A DNA stretch of 64,000 nucleotides, taken from NCBI GenBank assembly GCA_020697715.1, contig JAEHCO010000003.1, forward strand, positions 1 to 64,000. Reading direction: 5' to 3'. Below the pieces are notes generated by a model, which saw nothing but the letters and a program-made list of their open reading frames with translations, did no database searches and was not told the origin of the DNA. This document shows, piece after piece, positions 1 through 9,147 of this stretch. Numbering within the stretch: position 1 is the stretch's first letter; each line of letters opens with the position of its first letter. The DNA is from Methanobacteriota archaeon (GTDB lineage Archaea > Thermoplasmatota > Thermoplasmata > SG8-5 > JAGLSY01). The position numbers were made by a program, and so were the translations under genes.

Positions 1-1050
1 TGGCAGAATGACATTATGAACCTGATCGGATTGAACAATTATAATCTCGATGTGCCGATACCGGACAATGCGCTGGCCCTCACTTATTACATCTCCGCTT
101 GCGATCTCCTTGGTAATTGGAACAGCACCACTCATACATTATCTGGAGTGATAGACAATGATGTTCCTTATGCTTTAATCAGTTTGGATGATCCATCCTC
201 TCCTGACTCTCATACATTATACTTGAGTTCTAATGGATCTTCTGATAATATAGAGATATCGATCTATACTTGGAACTTCAGTTATGATGGCCAGGAACAT
301 GTGTTCCACACTCCCACTTTCTCATATGAATTCATAGAGCCTGGTTCTTATCTTATTACATTGAATGTAAGAGATTCTTACGGTAACTATGCAATTAATA
401 CTCTTACGATGAATATTGTTGAGGATGATGATCCTCCTATCAATACGAACAATGTAAGTGCAGATGCTGGTAGTAATGGTGAGTGCGTATGCGGAACATC
501 ATTCCAATTTGATGGTTCTGGTTCTTCTGGTGATATGGATATATCCAATTATACCTGGATATTCACCTATGATGATGAAGAGATCGAATTGTATGGTGTG
601 GATCCGATATTCACTTTCATGATGGAAGGGTCATATATCGTTTCCCTAAATGCCTCAGATGATGAAGGTAATTGGGACATTGACACCATGGTGGTCGAGG
701 TACTGGTTGACCCTGGTGATGTAGGTACAGATTCTGGCTCAGATGATGAACCCTCGGATTATACATGGTTGATCTGGATACTTATTATTGCCATAATACT
801 TACTTTGGTAATGATATTCTGGAAAAAGAAGGATAAAGAACCTGTGAGGATACACGCACAGTCATCTGATGATGTTGGACCTGCACCTCAACCGACCACT
901 CCGGGATCAAGACCATTACCTCCACCTCCACCATCTGCAATATCTCCTGAGAACCAACAAATGCTGGAGCAGCTGGAACAAAGGCATGCGGAGGGGCATG
1001 TTTCTGAAGAGACCTATCAAATGCTGAAGGAAAAATACACTAAACCTTGA
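1..1050 (+). CDS. PKD-domain surface protein with C-terminal TM anchor, Pro-rich linker and SHOCT-like tail (5' truncated by window)
   Basis: Frame 1 is open from base 1 (WQNDIMN...). Two PKD-like units (SxDN..I..YTW.F; FDGSGSSGD..ISNYTW.F), TM WLIWILIIAIILTLVMIFW followed by KKK, tail LEQRHAEGHVSEETYQMLKEKY. Confidence 0.8.
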   Translation, partial: WQNDIMNLIGLNNYNLDVPIPDNALALTYYISACDLLGNWNSTTHTLSGVIDNDVPYALISLDDPSSPDSHTLYLSSNGSSDNIEISIYTWNFSYDGQEHVFHTPTFSYEFIEPGSYLITLNVRDSYGNYAINTLTMNIVEDDDPPINTNNVSADAGSNGECVCGTSFQFDGSGSSGDMDISNYTWIFTYDDEEIELYGVDPIFTFMMEGSYIVSLNASDDEGNWDIDTMVVEVLVDPGDVGTDSGSDDEPSDYTWLIWILIIAIILTLVMIFWKKKDKEPVRIHAQSSDDVGPAPQPTTPGSRPLPPPPPSAISPENQQMLEQLEQRHAEGHVSEETYQMLKEKYTKP

Positions 1051-1174
1051 TATCACGGATAAATATCAGTTAGCTCCTTTCAGAATAAAATCATTATGGA
1101 ATTACGATAAGTGTGAGATTATGTGTTATTCTTATATACTTTTATAATATTCGCGACTTGATAGAGAGAGTTTG

Positions 1175-3112
1175 ATGAACAGGAAGATACGACCCAATAA
1201 GATCGCCATATGCGGCATATTATTAGCCTCAGCCTTTTTGCTGGCGGCTCTAACTCCTGTTTTGGCTCATGAACCCTTAACCGAGATATCTGACTCGATG
1301 ACAGTATGGACCGATGATTTTGATGATCTGGATGAGTTAGAATCATTGAAAGGTTTGAATATAGAAGATGGCAAGGTCAGTCTTTTGAATTTGGGTTTCG
1401 ATCCCGTGGCCTGGGACAAGAAGGGTCTAACAATACCCAATGGGACGGCAACTGATGTAGATTGTAGGTGGACGATGCAACCTTTCGTACTGAAGGATAA
1501 CGGTATATACAAAATGTGGTACACTGGCTACAGGAACCCACATCCGGACTACACTTACAGTATAATGTACGCCACTTCGACAGATGCAGAGAACTGGACA
1601 AAACAAGGTGTGGCATTCGGACCAGACTCAGTCACTATGAAGAACAATATTCGGGGTATGGCTGTACCTTGTGTTTTGAAGGAAGCTGATGGCTATAAGA
1701 TGTACTACAGCGGACAGGATGCTGACACCACTTCATATTTTGAGATGTATATGGCCACTTCCGATGATGGCCTTAATTGGGTCGATCAGGGAAAGATCCT
1801 TGGTAATGGACCCTATGGCACAACTGACTTCATGGGATTGGATAATGGCAAGGTCATCAAAATGCCTGATGGAACATACAAAATGGTGTATGTTGGATAT
1901 GATGGCGTGACAAAGAAGCTGCACATGGCCACCTCCAGTGATGGTGTTAGTTGGCAAAAAGAGGGTATGTTCCTAAACACCAGTGGTCCTGGGTCACCAG
2001 ACTTCATGTGGCTGACCGAGCCATTCATGGTCTATCATAATGACACTTATCTGCTTTGGTATTCTGGATACCCATATTATGGACAAACTGTCATATGCTT
2101 CGCAACATCGGTTGATGGACAGAACTGGACGAAGCATGGAGAGGTTTTGGGCCCAAGCATTTTTACAGATTCTATGAGGGTGGGCGGATCTAATGTGATG
2201 GTTGATGATGAAGGCTTAGTGAGAATGTGGTATTATGGATTCAATAGTTCTCATTTGATACATTACGCTGAGACGGATTATCTATCAGAATTCTATATCT
2301 CACCAGGAGAGATGATAACCAAGCCGATCTCTATCTCGGAAGACAAGGCCTGGGCCTCTCTTAATATCAGTAGGACCGGGATAGATCTAGATAATACAAT
2401 ATTGGTATCCATCCAGGATGCTGATACTGGAATAAATATTGGGAGCTTCGTAGATCTGGAAGAGGTTGATATAGACATATCCAATATCAGCTGCTTGGAC
2501 CATCCCAATCTGCAATTGGTGGCCAAGTTCAAAGGTAATGGCTTAAATTCCCCAGTTCTTGAATCATGGTCTATATCCATGAAGGATGATGCTAACCTAT
2601 ATCCAGTCATATCATCTGAATCTGGGGAAATGGTGATATTCGATTGCACAACCTGCTTTAACCATGAGGATATGGTCAACTGCACATGGATTTTCGAATA
2701 TAATCGGACACATCAAGAGTTATACGGTAACACATGTGAATTCTGCTTCTGGACACCGGGCAATTACTCCATTCTAGTTATAGCAACAGACTCTGAGGGT
2801 GAGGTAAAGAGGTCGAAGATACTGATAGATGTAATGGAGAACTCGGAGGAAACCAGCTTCTCAGACTATGTCTGGTTGGGAGCGATACTGGTGGTCGGGA
2901 TACTGCTCGCCCTTTTCATGGTACTCAAGCATCGTAAGGATATCAATGGCCAGTCGCCTGCACAAGTGGAGAAAGAAATATCAGAGACGGCCGAAGCAAC
3001 TGAGCCTCAAATTGACATCCTAGAAAGTATTGAGAAAAGATTTATCGGGGGATATATATCAGAGGCGACTTACATAAAACTGAAAGAGAAATATAGCAAA
3101 GAGAATCAGTGA
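1175..3112 (+). CDS. Secreted, membrane-anchored five-bladed beta-propeller glycoside-hydrolase-like protein (GH32/43/130-like repeats) with PKD domain and SHOCT-like tail
   Basis: Signal peptide; four repeats of P.V......YKM.Y.G...(Y/M)ATS.DG.NW.K.G; PKD-like region; C-terminal TM; tail ILESIEKRFIGGYISEATYIKLKEKY. Confidence 0.7.
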   Translation: MNRKIRPNKIAICGILLASAFLLAALTPVLAHEPLTEISDSMTVWTDDFDDLDELESLKGLNIEDGKVSLLNLGFDPVAWDKKGLTIPNGTATDVDCRWTMQPFVLKDNGIYKMWYTGYRNPHPDYTYSIMYATSTDAENWTKQGVAFGPDSVTMKNNIRGMAVPCVLKEADGYKMYYSGQDADTTSYFEMYMATSDDGLNWVDQGKILGNGPYGTTDFMGLDNGKVIKMPDGTYKMVYVGYDGVTKKLHMATSSDGVSWQKEGMFLNTSGPGSPDFMWLTEPFMVYHNDTYLLWYSGYPYYGQTVICFATSVDGQNWTKHGEVLGPSIFTDSMRVGGSNVMVDDEGLVRMWYYGFNSSHLIHYAETDYLSEFYISPGEMITKPISISEDKAWASLNISRTGIDLDNTILVSIQDADTGINIGSFVDLEEVDIDISNISCLDHPNLQLVAKFKGNGLNSPVLESWSISMKDDANLYPVISSESGEMVIFDCTTCFNHEDMVNCTWIFEYNRTHQELYGNTCEFCFWTPGNYSILVIATDSEGEVKRSKILIDVMENSEETSFSDYVWLGAILVVGILLALFMVLKHRKDINGQSPAQVEKEISETAEATEPQIDILESIEKRFIGGYISEATYIKLKEKYSKENQ

Positions 3113-3136
3113 ACAATAAATGCCTTGATGTAATTC

Positions 3137-4201
3137 CTACGGCCTTACCCTTCTAAGCCTCAGATATTCCGTTTCCTTGTCTTTCATCCTTGCCAACAGA
3201 ATATCCTTTTTCACACCATGGGCCAGCCTTACAGCTCGACTTATCTCGGCCCACATGCCCACGAAATCCTTGGGCATGCTGTGTATGAGATATTTGGCAT
3301 GATTGTGATCCGGATCTCCCTCATAGGCTCTGAAATGTGAGCCATATTTAAAGCCGGTCTTGACAAGCACACCGCACTTTTTTAGATCATTGTAAATGTC
3401 GAATCTCAGGTCGAAGTCCGTCTGCACCTTCCTGGCCTCTTCCTTGAATTTTTTATTTGACATCGCGCGGCCAGTGGTGGATGACTTTACCTTCACGATA
3501 CCTCGATCCATAAGATGTGCGGTCTCAAGAAGGGATAATTGTAGATAATCACCTATGGGTTTACCAAAGAACTCGATCGAATGAAGCATGGTCGCCTGGC
3601 TCTTGTCAAGTATCAATACTCGATCCATAAGGAACAGGGCATCGGCGATATGAAAGTCCGCTGTAGGCTCCACATGGCCTTTGGGCGTGATGACCTTTGA
3701 TTTATAGTAGGTCAGATCGCTCTCTTCATCGACAACGGCGATGAGAAGGTCTTTCTTCACCTTTCTCACTCTCTTGACGATATCGATGACCTCTTCCAGC
3801 TCGAACTTCTCTCTTTCAGATATGGCCAGTATCCAGAATTTGGATGGGTTCTTGCCCGGCACACCACCTCTGGGCAGTACTCTGAAATCCAGGGGTTTTG
3901 AGCCGGGCTTCACTACGTATCCTCTCTGCCGGATGTCTCTGTAAACAAGGTATTTGATCTCGAAGTTCTCTATCGTACTGTGGCCAAGCCTGTACAATTT
4001 CTCCAGATCTATGGACTTATTGCCTTTTTTCACTTCCAGCTTCCCTATCTCTACAAGATAGATCGCTTCGATGATATCCAGCTTGAGCGAACCACCAGAT
4101 TGATTTACACCAAAATAGCCCTTACTGTATACCTGGCTGGCCTCAGCCTCTTCCTTTATGATAACATGGTCTCCTTCCATGTTCCCTTCTATGGCTTGCA
4201 T
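3137..4201 (-). CDS. endA: tRNA-splicing endonuclease (tRNA-intron lyase), two-repeat homodimeric type
   Basis: Two endonuclease repeats (LKLDIIEAIYL...YLVYRDIRQRGY; LQLSLLETAHL...VKTGFKYGSHFRAY...HAKY...VRLAHGVKK with catalytic Y/H/K). Alternative GTG start at 4213. Confidence 0.93.
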   Translation of the reverse strand: MQAIEGNMEGDHVIIKEEAEASQVYSKGYFGVNQSGGSLKLDIIEAIYLVEIGKLEVKKGNKSIDLEKLYRLGHSTIENFEIKYLVYRDIRQRGYVVKPGSKPLDFRVLPRGGVPGKNPSKFWILAISEREKFELEEVIDIVKRVRKVKKDLLIAVVDEESDLTYYKSKVITPKGHVEPTADFHIADALFLMDRVLILDKSQATMLHSIEFFGKPIGDYLQLSLLETAHLMDRGIVKVKSSTTGRAMSNKKFKEEARKVQTDFDLRFDIYNDLKKCGVLVKTGFKYGSHFRAYEGDPDHNHAKYLIHSMPKDFVGMWAEISRAVRLAHGVKKDILLARMKDKETEYLRLRRVRP

Positions 4202-4348
4202 CCAATCCCCCACAAATCTTTCTTATAATTAAATACTATGCTGTGACTTTCAGGCTCAAAAACAATGTGAATATATTGAGTCTAAAGACCACAAGTTCGT
4301 ATAGTGTCAACCAAATTCACTAATATGTAAAGACCAATCTGGTGTCAT

Positions 4349-5416
4349 ATGTTAAAAGAGATGGACAATGGCTCTCTATACAAGGGTAAACTCCCAACTG
4401 GCTGTATCATGTGCGAGCGAGGTTCGAAGATGGTCCTCCTGGTAACCGGAGAGTGCTTTTTCGAATGCTTTTACTGTCCATTATCCAAGGAGAAGCAAGG
4501 CAAGAAGGTTGTCTATGCTGATGAGCTAAAAGCAGAGGTTGACAGTGATCTGATATTGGAAGCAAAGGCCATAGGGGCTGAAGGAACTGGCATAACCGGG
4601 GGCGATCCAATGGATGATATTCAACAGACCATCCATTTCATCAAATTATTGAAGGACACCTTCGGACCTTCCCATCATATCCATCTTTACACTGCCACAC
4701 CAGATAAGGATAAGATCATCCAATTGGCCGAGGCAGGCCTGGATGAAATAAGATTCCATCCTCCACCTTCTGCCTGGGTCAAATTCTCCAATACGAATTA
4801 TCCATCATCTATCAAGACAGCGAAAGAACATGGCCTGCAGACTGGTCTGGAAATACCCACTCTGCCAGATATGATGGTCGAGACCACATCCCTTGTGAGA
4901 TCTGCTGAAGAATGTGATGTGGATTTCATCAATCTCAATGAACTGGAATTCTCCGAGTCCAATTGGGAGGAACTGAAGGCACGCGGGTATGAGATAAAGG
5001 ATGACATATCAAGTGCGGCAAAGGGCAGTGAGGAAATGGCCTGTAAGATCATCAGGGGGCACGAAGGCCCGATGACCATCCACTACTGCTCCGCCAGCTT
5101 CAAGGACGGTATTCAGCTCAGGAGACGCATTCTGCGGAGAGCGGAGAACACTGCCACACCTTTGGAGATCATAAGCGATGAAGGGACCTTTATCAAAGGC
5201 ATCATTCTGTGCGATGACCCCGAGGAGCAAATGAAGATAATTGCCAGTACATTCGAGATACCTGAAGATTTGATTCGGTTCGATGTTAAAAAGCATCGAA
5301 TCGAAATAGCCGCTTGGATACTGGAAGAGATCGCCGAGGTAATAGATGGCCAGTGTTTTATTATTGAGGAATATCCGACTGCTGACAGATTGGAGGTAGA
5401 AAGACGGCCTCTGTAG
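4349..5416 (+). CDS. Radical SAM protein (archaeal COG2108-like)
   Basis: LPTGCIMC; CxxxCxxC motif CFFECFYC; GITGGDP; HIHLYT; GLDEIRFHP. Confidence 0.85.
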   Translation: MLKEMDNGSLYKGKLPTGCIMCERGSKMVLLVTGECFFECFYCPLSKEKQGKKVVYADELKAEVDSDLILEAKAIGAEGTGITGGDPMDDIQQTIHFIKLLKDTFGPSHHIHLYTATPDKDKIIQLAEAGLDEIRFHPPPSAWVKFSNTNYPSSIKTAKEHGLQTGLEIPTLPDMMVETTSLVRSAEECDVDFINLNELEFSESNWEELKARGYEIKDDISSAAKGSEEMACKIIRGHEGPMTIHYCSASFKDGIQLRRRILRRAENTATPLEIISDEGTFIKGIILCDDPEEQMKIIASTFEIPEDLIRFDVKKHRIEIAAWILEEIAEVIDGQCFIIEEYPTADRLEVERRPL

Positions 5417-5469
5417 AGAGCCTGCCTTTCTACCTCTCTGAGGTGGAGGTTGAACGACGACCTCTGTAA
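5391..5469. repeat. Direct-inverted-direct duplication of the radical SAM gene 3' end
   Basis: 5391-5416 tggaggtagaaagacggcctctgtag vs 5444-5469 tggaggttgaacgacgacctctgtaa (22/26 identical); between them 5417-5436 is an imperfect reverse complement of the same segment. Confidence 0.75.
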
Positions 5470-5527
5470 TTATAATCTAACTTAAGATTATATAACACAA
5501 TACCATTCCCATTAGTGAGGGAATGAG

Positions 5528-7054
5528 ATGAATGTATTTGTAAATAAAAGAACAATGAAGCTTCAAGGGACAGGAGATAGACCATTACCACCACCACCGC
5601 CACCAGAACAACCACCGCAGGGTCAGGGACCTCCACCAGAACAATCACAGTCATCGGTAGAGCCACAGCAACCATCTTCTCATCAATCACCTCATGCCCC
5701 ACCACCTCCACCGCCGAAGAAGGCCATGCCCATCATGGCCATTGTGGTCGTCATTATGGTAGTGATCGCGGCCATTGCGGTTGCCTTTATATTCATGGGT
5801 GATGGAAACGCCCAAGAAGACCCGGACAGCGCTTTCAATGGATTCATCGATAATTACCTGGATGAGGATGAAGATGGATCATTGAAATTCACAGATGCAT
5901 CATTCTTCGACTCGAAAGACCTAAAAGATCTGGATGATGAGATGGGATGGTCCGAGGATCCAGAAAATGATGATGAATTGAAAGATACGATCATTGAAAC
6001 TGAAATGATCGGTGAAGATGATATGGACCCTCTGGATAAAGAGGCCATTGAGAAAATGGTAGAGGCATTTGAGGATGAATACGATGTCACTGTCGAGGAC
6101 TTCTGCATATTGGAATGGAATGCGGATATGACCTATATTGATGAAGATGGGGATGAATACACAGAAGACGATTCTGGTGAATGGCCCATGATGCAAATAG
6201 ATGACAAATGGTATGTCATGATGCATCCCGATGTCTATATTGATGGAAATGAGATTGCTCAAATGAGCCCCGAGTGGACGACGACCGAATTCTTCGAATT
6301 ATTTACTTTCGAAGATCCCAGGCCTTCATCAGACCTTTCGATAATTAGCTTTGATGAAAAATATGAAGAAATATTGGACGGTATTTCCGCCTTCATGATG
6401 GGCTTCAATTATTCTGTCACTGTTCAAAATGTTGAGGCCAGATATCTGAGTGATATGTCCGATTCCGAGATCCTAGCCACAGAACACGTCATGAACCTAA
6501 TAGAAGATGAATACTTCGTCACAATAGATGAATATTGCATGGTGGATTTCATGGTCACGGTCGAAATGTCCTTTGCCGGATATGAAGATGTGAGTACGGA
6601 GTCCGATAATATGGCATGCTTCCTGGTCGATGACAAATGGTATCTTGATATTCATTATGTGAACAAATTCATGTATTATGACACACCAACAGGTATGTGG
6701 TCGAGTATTGAGGCCGAATCCTTATCAGAGGCCACGGTCACCTTTGGAGCCTTCTCGGATGATGTAGCGCCAACGGATATCCAGTTATATGTCTATGAGG
6801 ATGCAGCACTCTGGGGTGTCCTTTCATGGTCATCCGATCATCAGCCAGCCCCTGCGACATTGTATGGAGCACCACCTGGTACTACAGCAACATATACCGA
6901 CTTTAACGCCGCAGGTGGTCTGATAAACTCTGGCGACTATATCAAATTCACTGGATTCAAATCCGGCTCCATATATTCATTCGAGGTATTCTACACTCCA
7001 ACTGAACAAATGATACAGATGGCTGGAGATCTTGCTATATTGACAATGCCATAG
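5528..7054 (+). CDS. Membrane-anchored acidic extracellular protein with Pro-rich N-terminus and internal domain duplication
   Basis: Poly-Pro N-terminus; one TM; repeats EDEYDVTVEDFCILEW...QIDDKWY and EDEYFVTIDEYCMVDF...LVDDKWY; C-terminal region ending GLINSGDYIKF resembles archaeal pilin C-termini. Confidence 0.65.
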   Translation: MNVFVNKRTMKLQGTGDRPLPPPPPPEQPPQGQGPPPEQSQSSVEPQQPSSHQSPHAPPPPPPKKAMPIMAIVVVIMVVIAAIAVAFIFMGDGNAQEDPDSAFNGFIDNYLDEDEDGSLKFTDASFFDSKDLKDLDDEMGWSEDPENDDELKDTIIETEMIGEDDMDPLDKEAIEKMVEAFEDEYDVTVEDFCILEWNADMTYIDEDGDEYTEDDSGEWPMMQIDDKWYVMMHPDVYIDGNEIAQMSPEWTTTEFFELFTFEDPRPSSDLSIISFDEKYEEILDGISAFMMGFNYSVTVQNVEARYLSDMSDSEILATEHVMNLIEDEYFVTIDEYCMVDFMVTVEMSFAGYEDVSTESDNMACFLVDDKWYLDIHYVNKFMYYDTPTGMWSSIEAESLSEATVTFGAFSDDVAPTDIQLYVYEDAALWGVLSWSSDHQPAPATLYGAPPGTTATYTDFNAAGGLINSGDYIKFTGFKSGSIYSFEVFYTPTEQMIQMAGDLAILTMP

Positions 7055-7074
7055 AGATCATAGTCTGAAATATA

Positions 7075-7680
7075 ATGAGAGAGAAAATCATGGAAGACCA
7101 AAAGACCAATAAGAGTCAGGTTCGGATACTGGGTATAGATGATGCCTCCTTCACCTTTGGAGAGGACAAGACAAAGGTGGTCGGGGTGGTCGTCCGCTGC
7201 CCAGGATATGTCGAGGGGGTGATGATGTCCGATATCACCATCGATGGCCTGGACTCCACCGAGGTCGTGATCCGCATGGTGAATCGATCAAGATACAAGC
7301 GCCAGCTTAAACTCATTATCATAGATGGTGCGGCTCTCGGTGGTTTCAATGTTGTTGATATTCATCGCATCAATTCGGAGACTGGTATAGCTGTGGCGAC
7401 AGTCACTCGTGATAGGCCGAACTTCAAATATATCGAGAAAGCACTGCGCTCTCATTTTGATGATTGGGAGTATCGGCTGAAGCTGATGAAAGCTATAGGT
7501 GTGCACGAGGTTCCTACTGAGAATAAACCTGTTTATGTGGGATATGCTGGCATGGAATTCGAGGAACTGAAAGCATTGTTGGCCAATGCGACATTGAGAG
7601 GTGCATTGCCCGAGGCTGTGAGGCTGGCACATCTTATTGGAGCTGCATTTGTGAAGGGAGAAAGTCACGGTAGGGCTTGA
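7075..7680 (+). CDS. DUF99 family protein (endonuclease V-like, endonuclease dU)
   Basis: RILGIDDA, ITIDGLDST, IDGAALGGFNVVDI, LPEAVRLAHLI. Confidence 0.88.
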   Translation: MREKIMEDQKTNKSQVRILGIDDASFTFGEDKTKVVGVVVRCPGYVEGVMMSDITIDGLDSTEVVIRMVNRSRYKRQLKLIIIDGAALGGFNVVDIHRINSETGIAVATVTRDRPNFKYIEKALRSHFDDWEYRLKLMKAIGVHEVPTENKPVYVGYAGMEFEELKALLANATLRGALPEAVRLAHLIGAAFVKGESHGRA

Positions 7681-7760
7681 GATACATAATACCCGAGCGA
7701 GCAGACTATACTTTGAATTAATCGATAAATATCTATCGATGGCCAGTTAATTACTGGCTA

Positions 7761-8573
7761 TCACATCTTTGCTATGAAGCCCTTTCTCTCGATCCTGTTC
7801 TTGTTCACTTCAAATGTGGACAGGAAATCCGTTTCCACTGTGGCCAGCTTTTCGATGAGCTGTAACATGCTTTGTTTTGTGGGATTGTTTATGTCCAGAC
7901 CTACTACTTGACATTGCTTTCGAATTATGGACATTGCATAATCCGTTTCCTGTTTGGAATGCTGGCAGAAGTGAGCCACTATATTGTCCATTGCCTCGAC
8001 AGGACTCATCTTATTTTGCTTGGCCTTGACATCCACATCTCCATCCGTCTTACCAGCGACGACCTTCTTCCCAAGCAATTTGAAAGCAGATTCGACATTC
8101 TCGCCAGTTTTCGCACTGGTCATGAAGAAATTGGCCGAATGGCGTTTTGATATTTCCATCAATTGTTCTCTGGTTATTTTTACTTCATCTACCAGATCGC
8201 ATTTGTTCGCGAGTATGATTATCGGGACATTGCCAGCGATATCTTTCAAAGCATTGATCCAGTATTCTTCCAGGCTCTTCAATGTCTCTGTTCGGGTCAT
8301 GTCACAAACGATCAATGCGCCACTGGTTCCCTCGAAGCTCATGTTCTGAAGATTTCTGTATTCCTTCTGGCCGATGATGTCCCATATCATCAATGTTAGG
8401 TTCAGTGGCTTTCCAAAATAATCCACTTCCAGTTCTTTCTTCACGGTCTTGGTTCCGATGGTGGCTATGTATTTATCATCGAAGGTGTCGAAAACATATT
8501 TCTTGATGAGGCTGGTCTTACCAACCGAATTATCGCCCAGAAGACAAACCTTCTTTATGATCTTTTTTTGCAT
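7761..8573 (-). CDS. Rab/Ras-like small GTPase with ~90-aa helical C-terminal extension
   Basis: G1 GDNSVGKTS, G2 TIG, G3 WDIIGQ, G4 NKCD, G5 TSAK. Confidence 0.92.
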   Translation of the reverse strand: MQKKIIKKVCLLGDNSVGKTSLIKKYVFDTFDDKYIATIGTKTVKKELEVDYFGKPLNLTLMIWDIIGQKEYRNLQNMSFEGTSGALIVCDMTRTETLKSLEEYWINALKDIAGNVPIIILANKCDLVDEVKITREQLMEISKRHSANFFMTSAKTGENVESAFKLLGKKVVAGKTDGDVDVKAKQNKMSPVEAMDNIVAHFCQHSKQETDYAMSIIRKQCQVVGLDINNPTKQSMLQLIEKLATVETDFLSTFEVNKNRIERKGFIAKM

Positions 8574-8597
8574 TGGATATCCTCATTCATTGCATTA

Positions 8598-9137
8598 TCA
8601 ATCTTCTGATATATTGGCGATGATCATCTTACCCAGGGTATCAAAGGCATCCTCCACGCTCTCGCCTGTTTTGGCACTTGATAACATCGAGGGCATACCA
8701 TATTTTACCAATTCCTTTTCCATCATGTTCTTGTCGATCTTCACTTCATCTCCAAGATCACTTTTATTGGCCAGGAACACGATGGGAACATCGCCCACGA
8801 TCTCTTTTGTCGAGTCTATCCAGGAATGAATGCCTTCAAGGGTCTCTGGCCTTGTTGCATCACATACCGCGATTATTCCATGCGCTCCGTAGAAATAAGC
8901 ATCCTGTAGAAGGACGCGGAAGCTTGACTGGCCCATGATATCCCATATCATCATGTCCATCTCTGTTTTTGTATCGCCCTGTTCGAAGGTCTGAGATTTT
9001 TTAGAGACCTTTGTACCTATGGTTGTAATGTACTTGTCATCAAAGATATCCAATACATACTTCTTGATGAGACTGGTCTTGCCAACACCGCTCTCGCCTA
9101 CAAGGCATATCTTTGTTTTGTATCTTCTATCTGCCAT
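8598..9137 (-). CDS. Rab/Ras-like small GTPase
   Basis: G1 GESGVGKTS, G2 TTIG, G3 WDIMGQ, G4 NKSD, G5 SSAK. Confidence 0.93.
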   Translation of the reverse strand: MADRRYKTKICLVGESGVGKTSLIKKYVLDIFDDKYITTIGTKVSKKSQTFEQGDTKTEMDMMIWDIMGQSSFRVLLQDAYFYGAHGIIAVCDATRPETLEGIHSWIDSTKEIVGDVPIVFLANKSDLGDEVKIDKNMMEKELVKYGMPSMLSSAKTGESVEDAFDTLGKMIIANISED

Positions 9138-9147
9138 ATGATCTCTC

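Noticed and set aside
5391-5469. Diversity-generating retroelement TR/VR pair
   Set aside because: Only 26 bp, differences are not adenine-specific in one direction, and no reverse transcriptase is present
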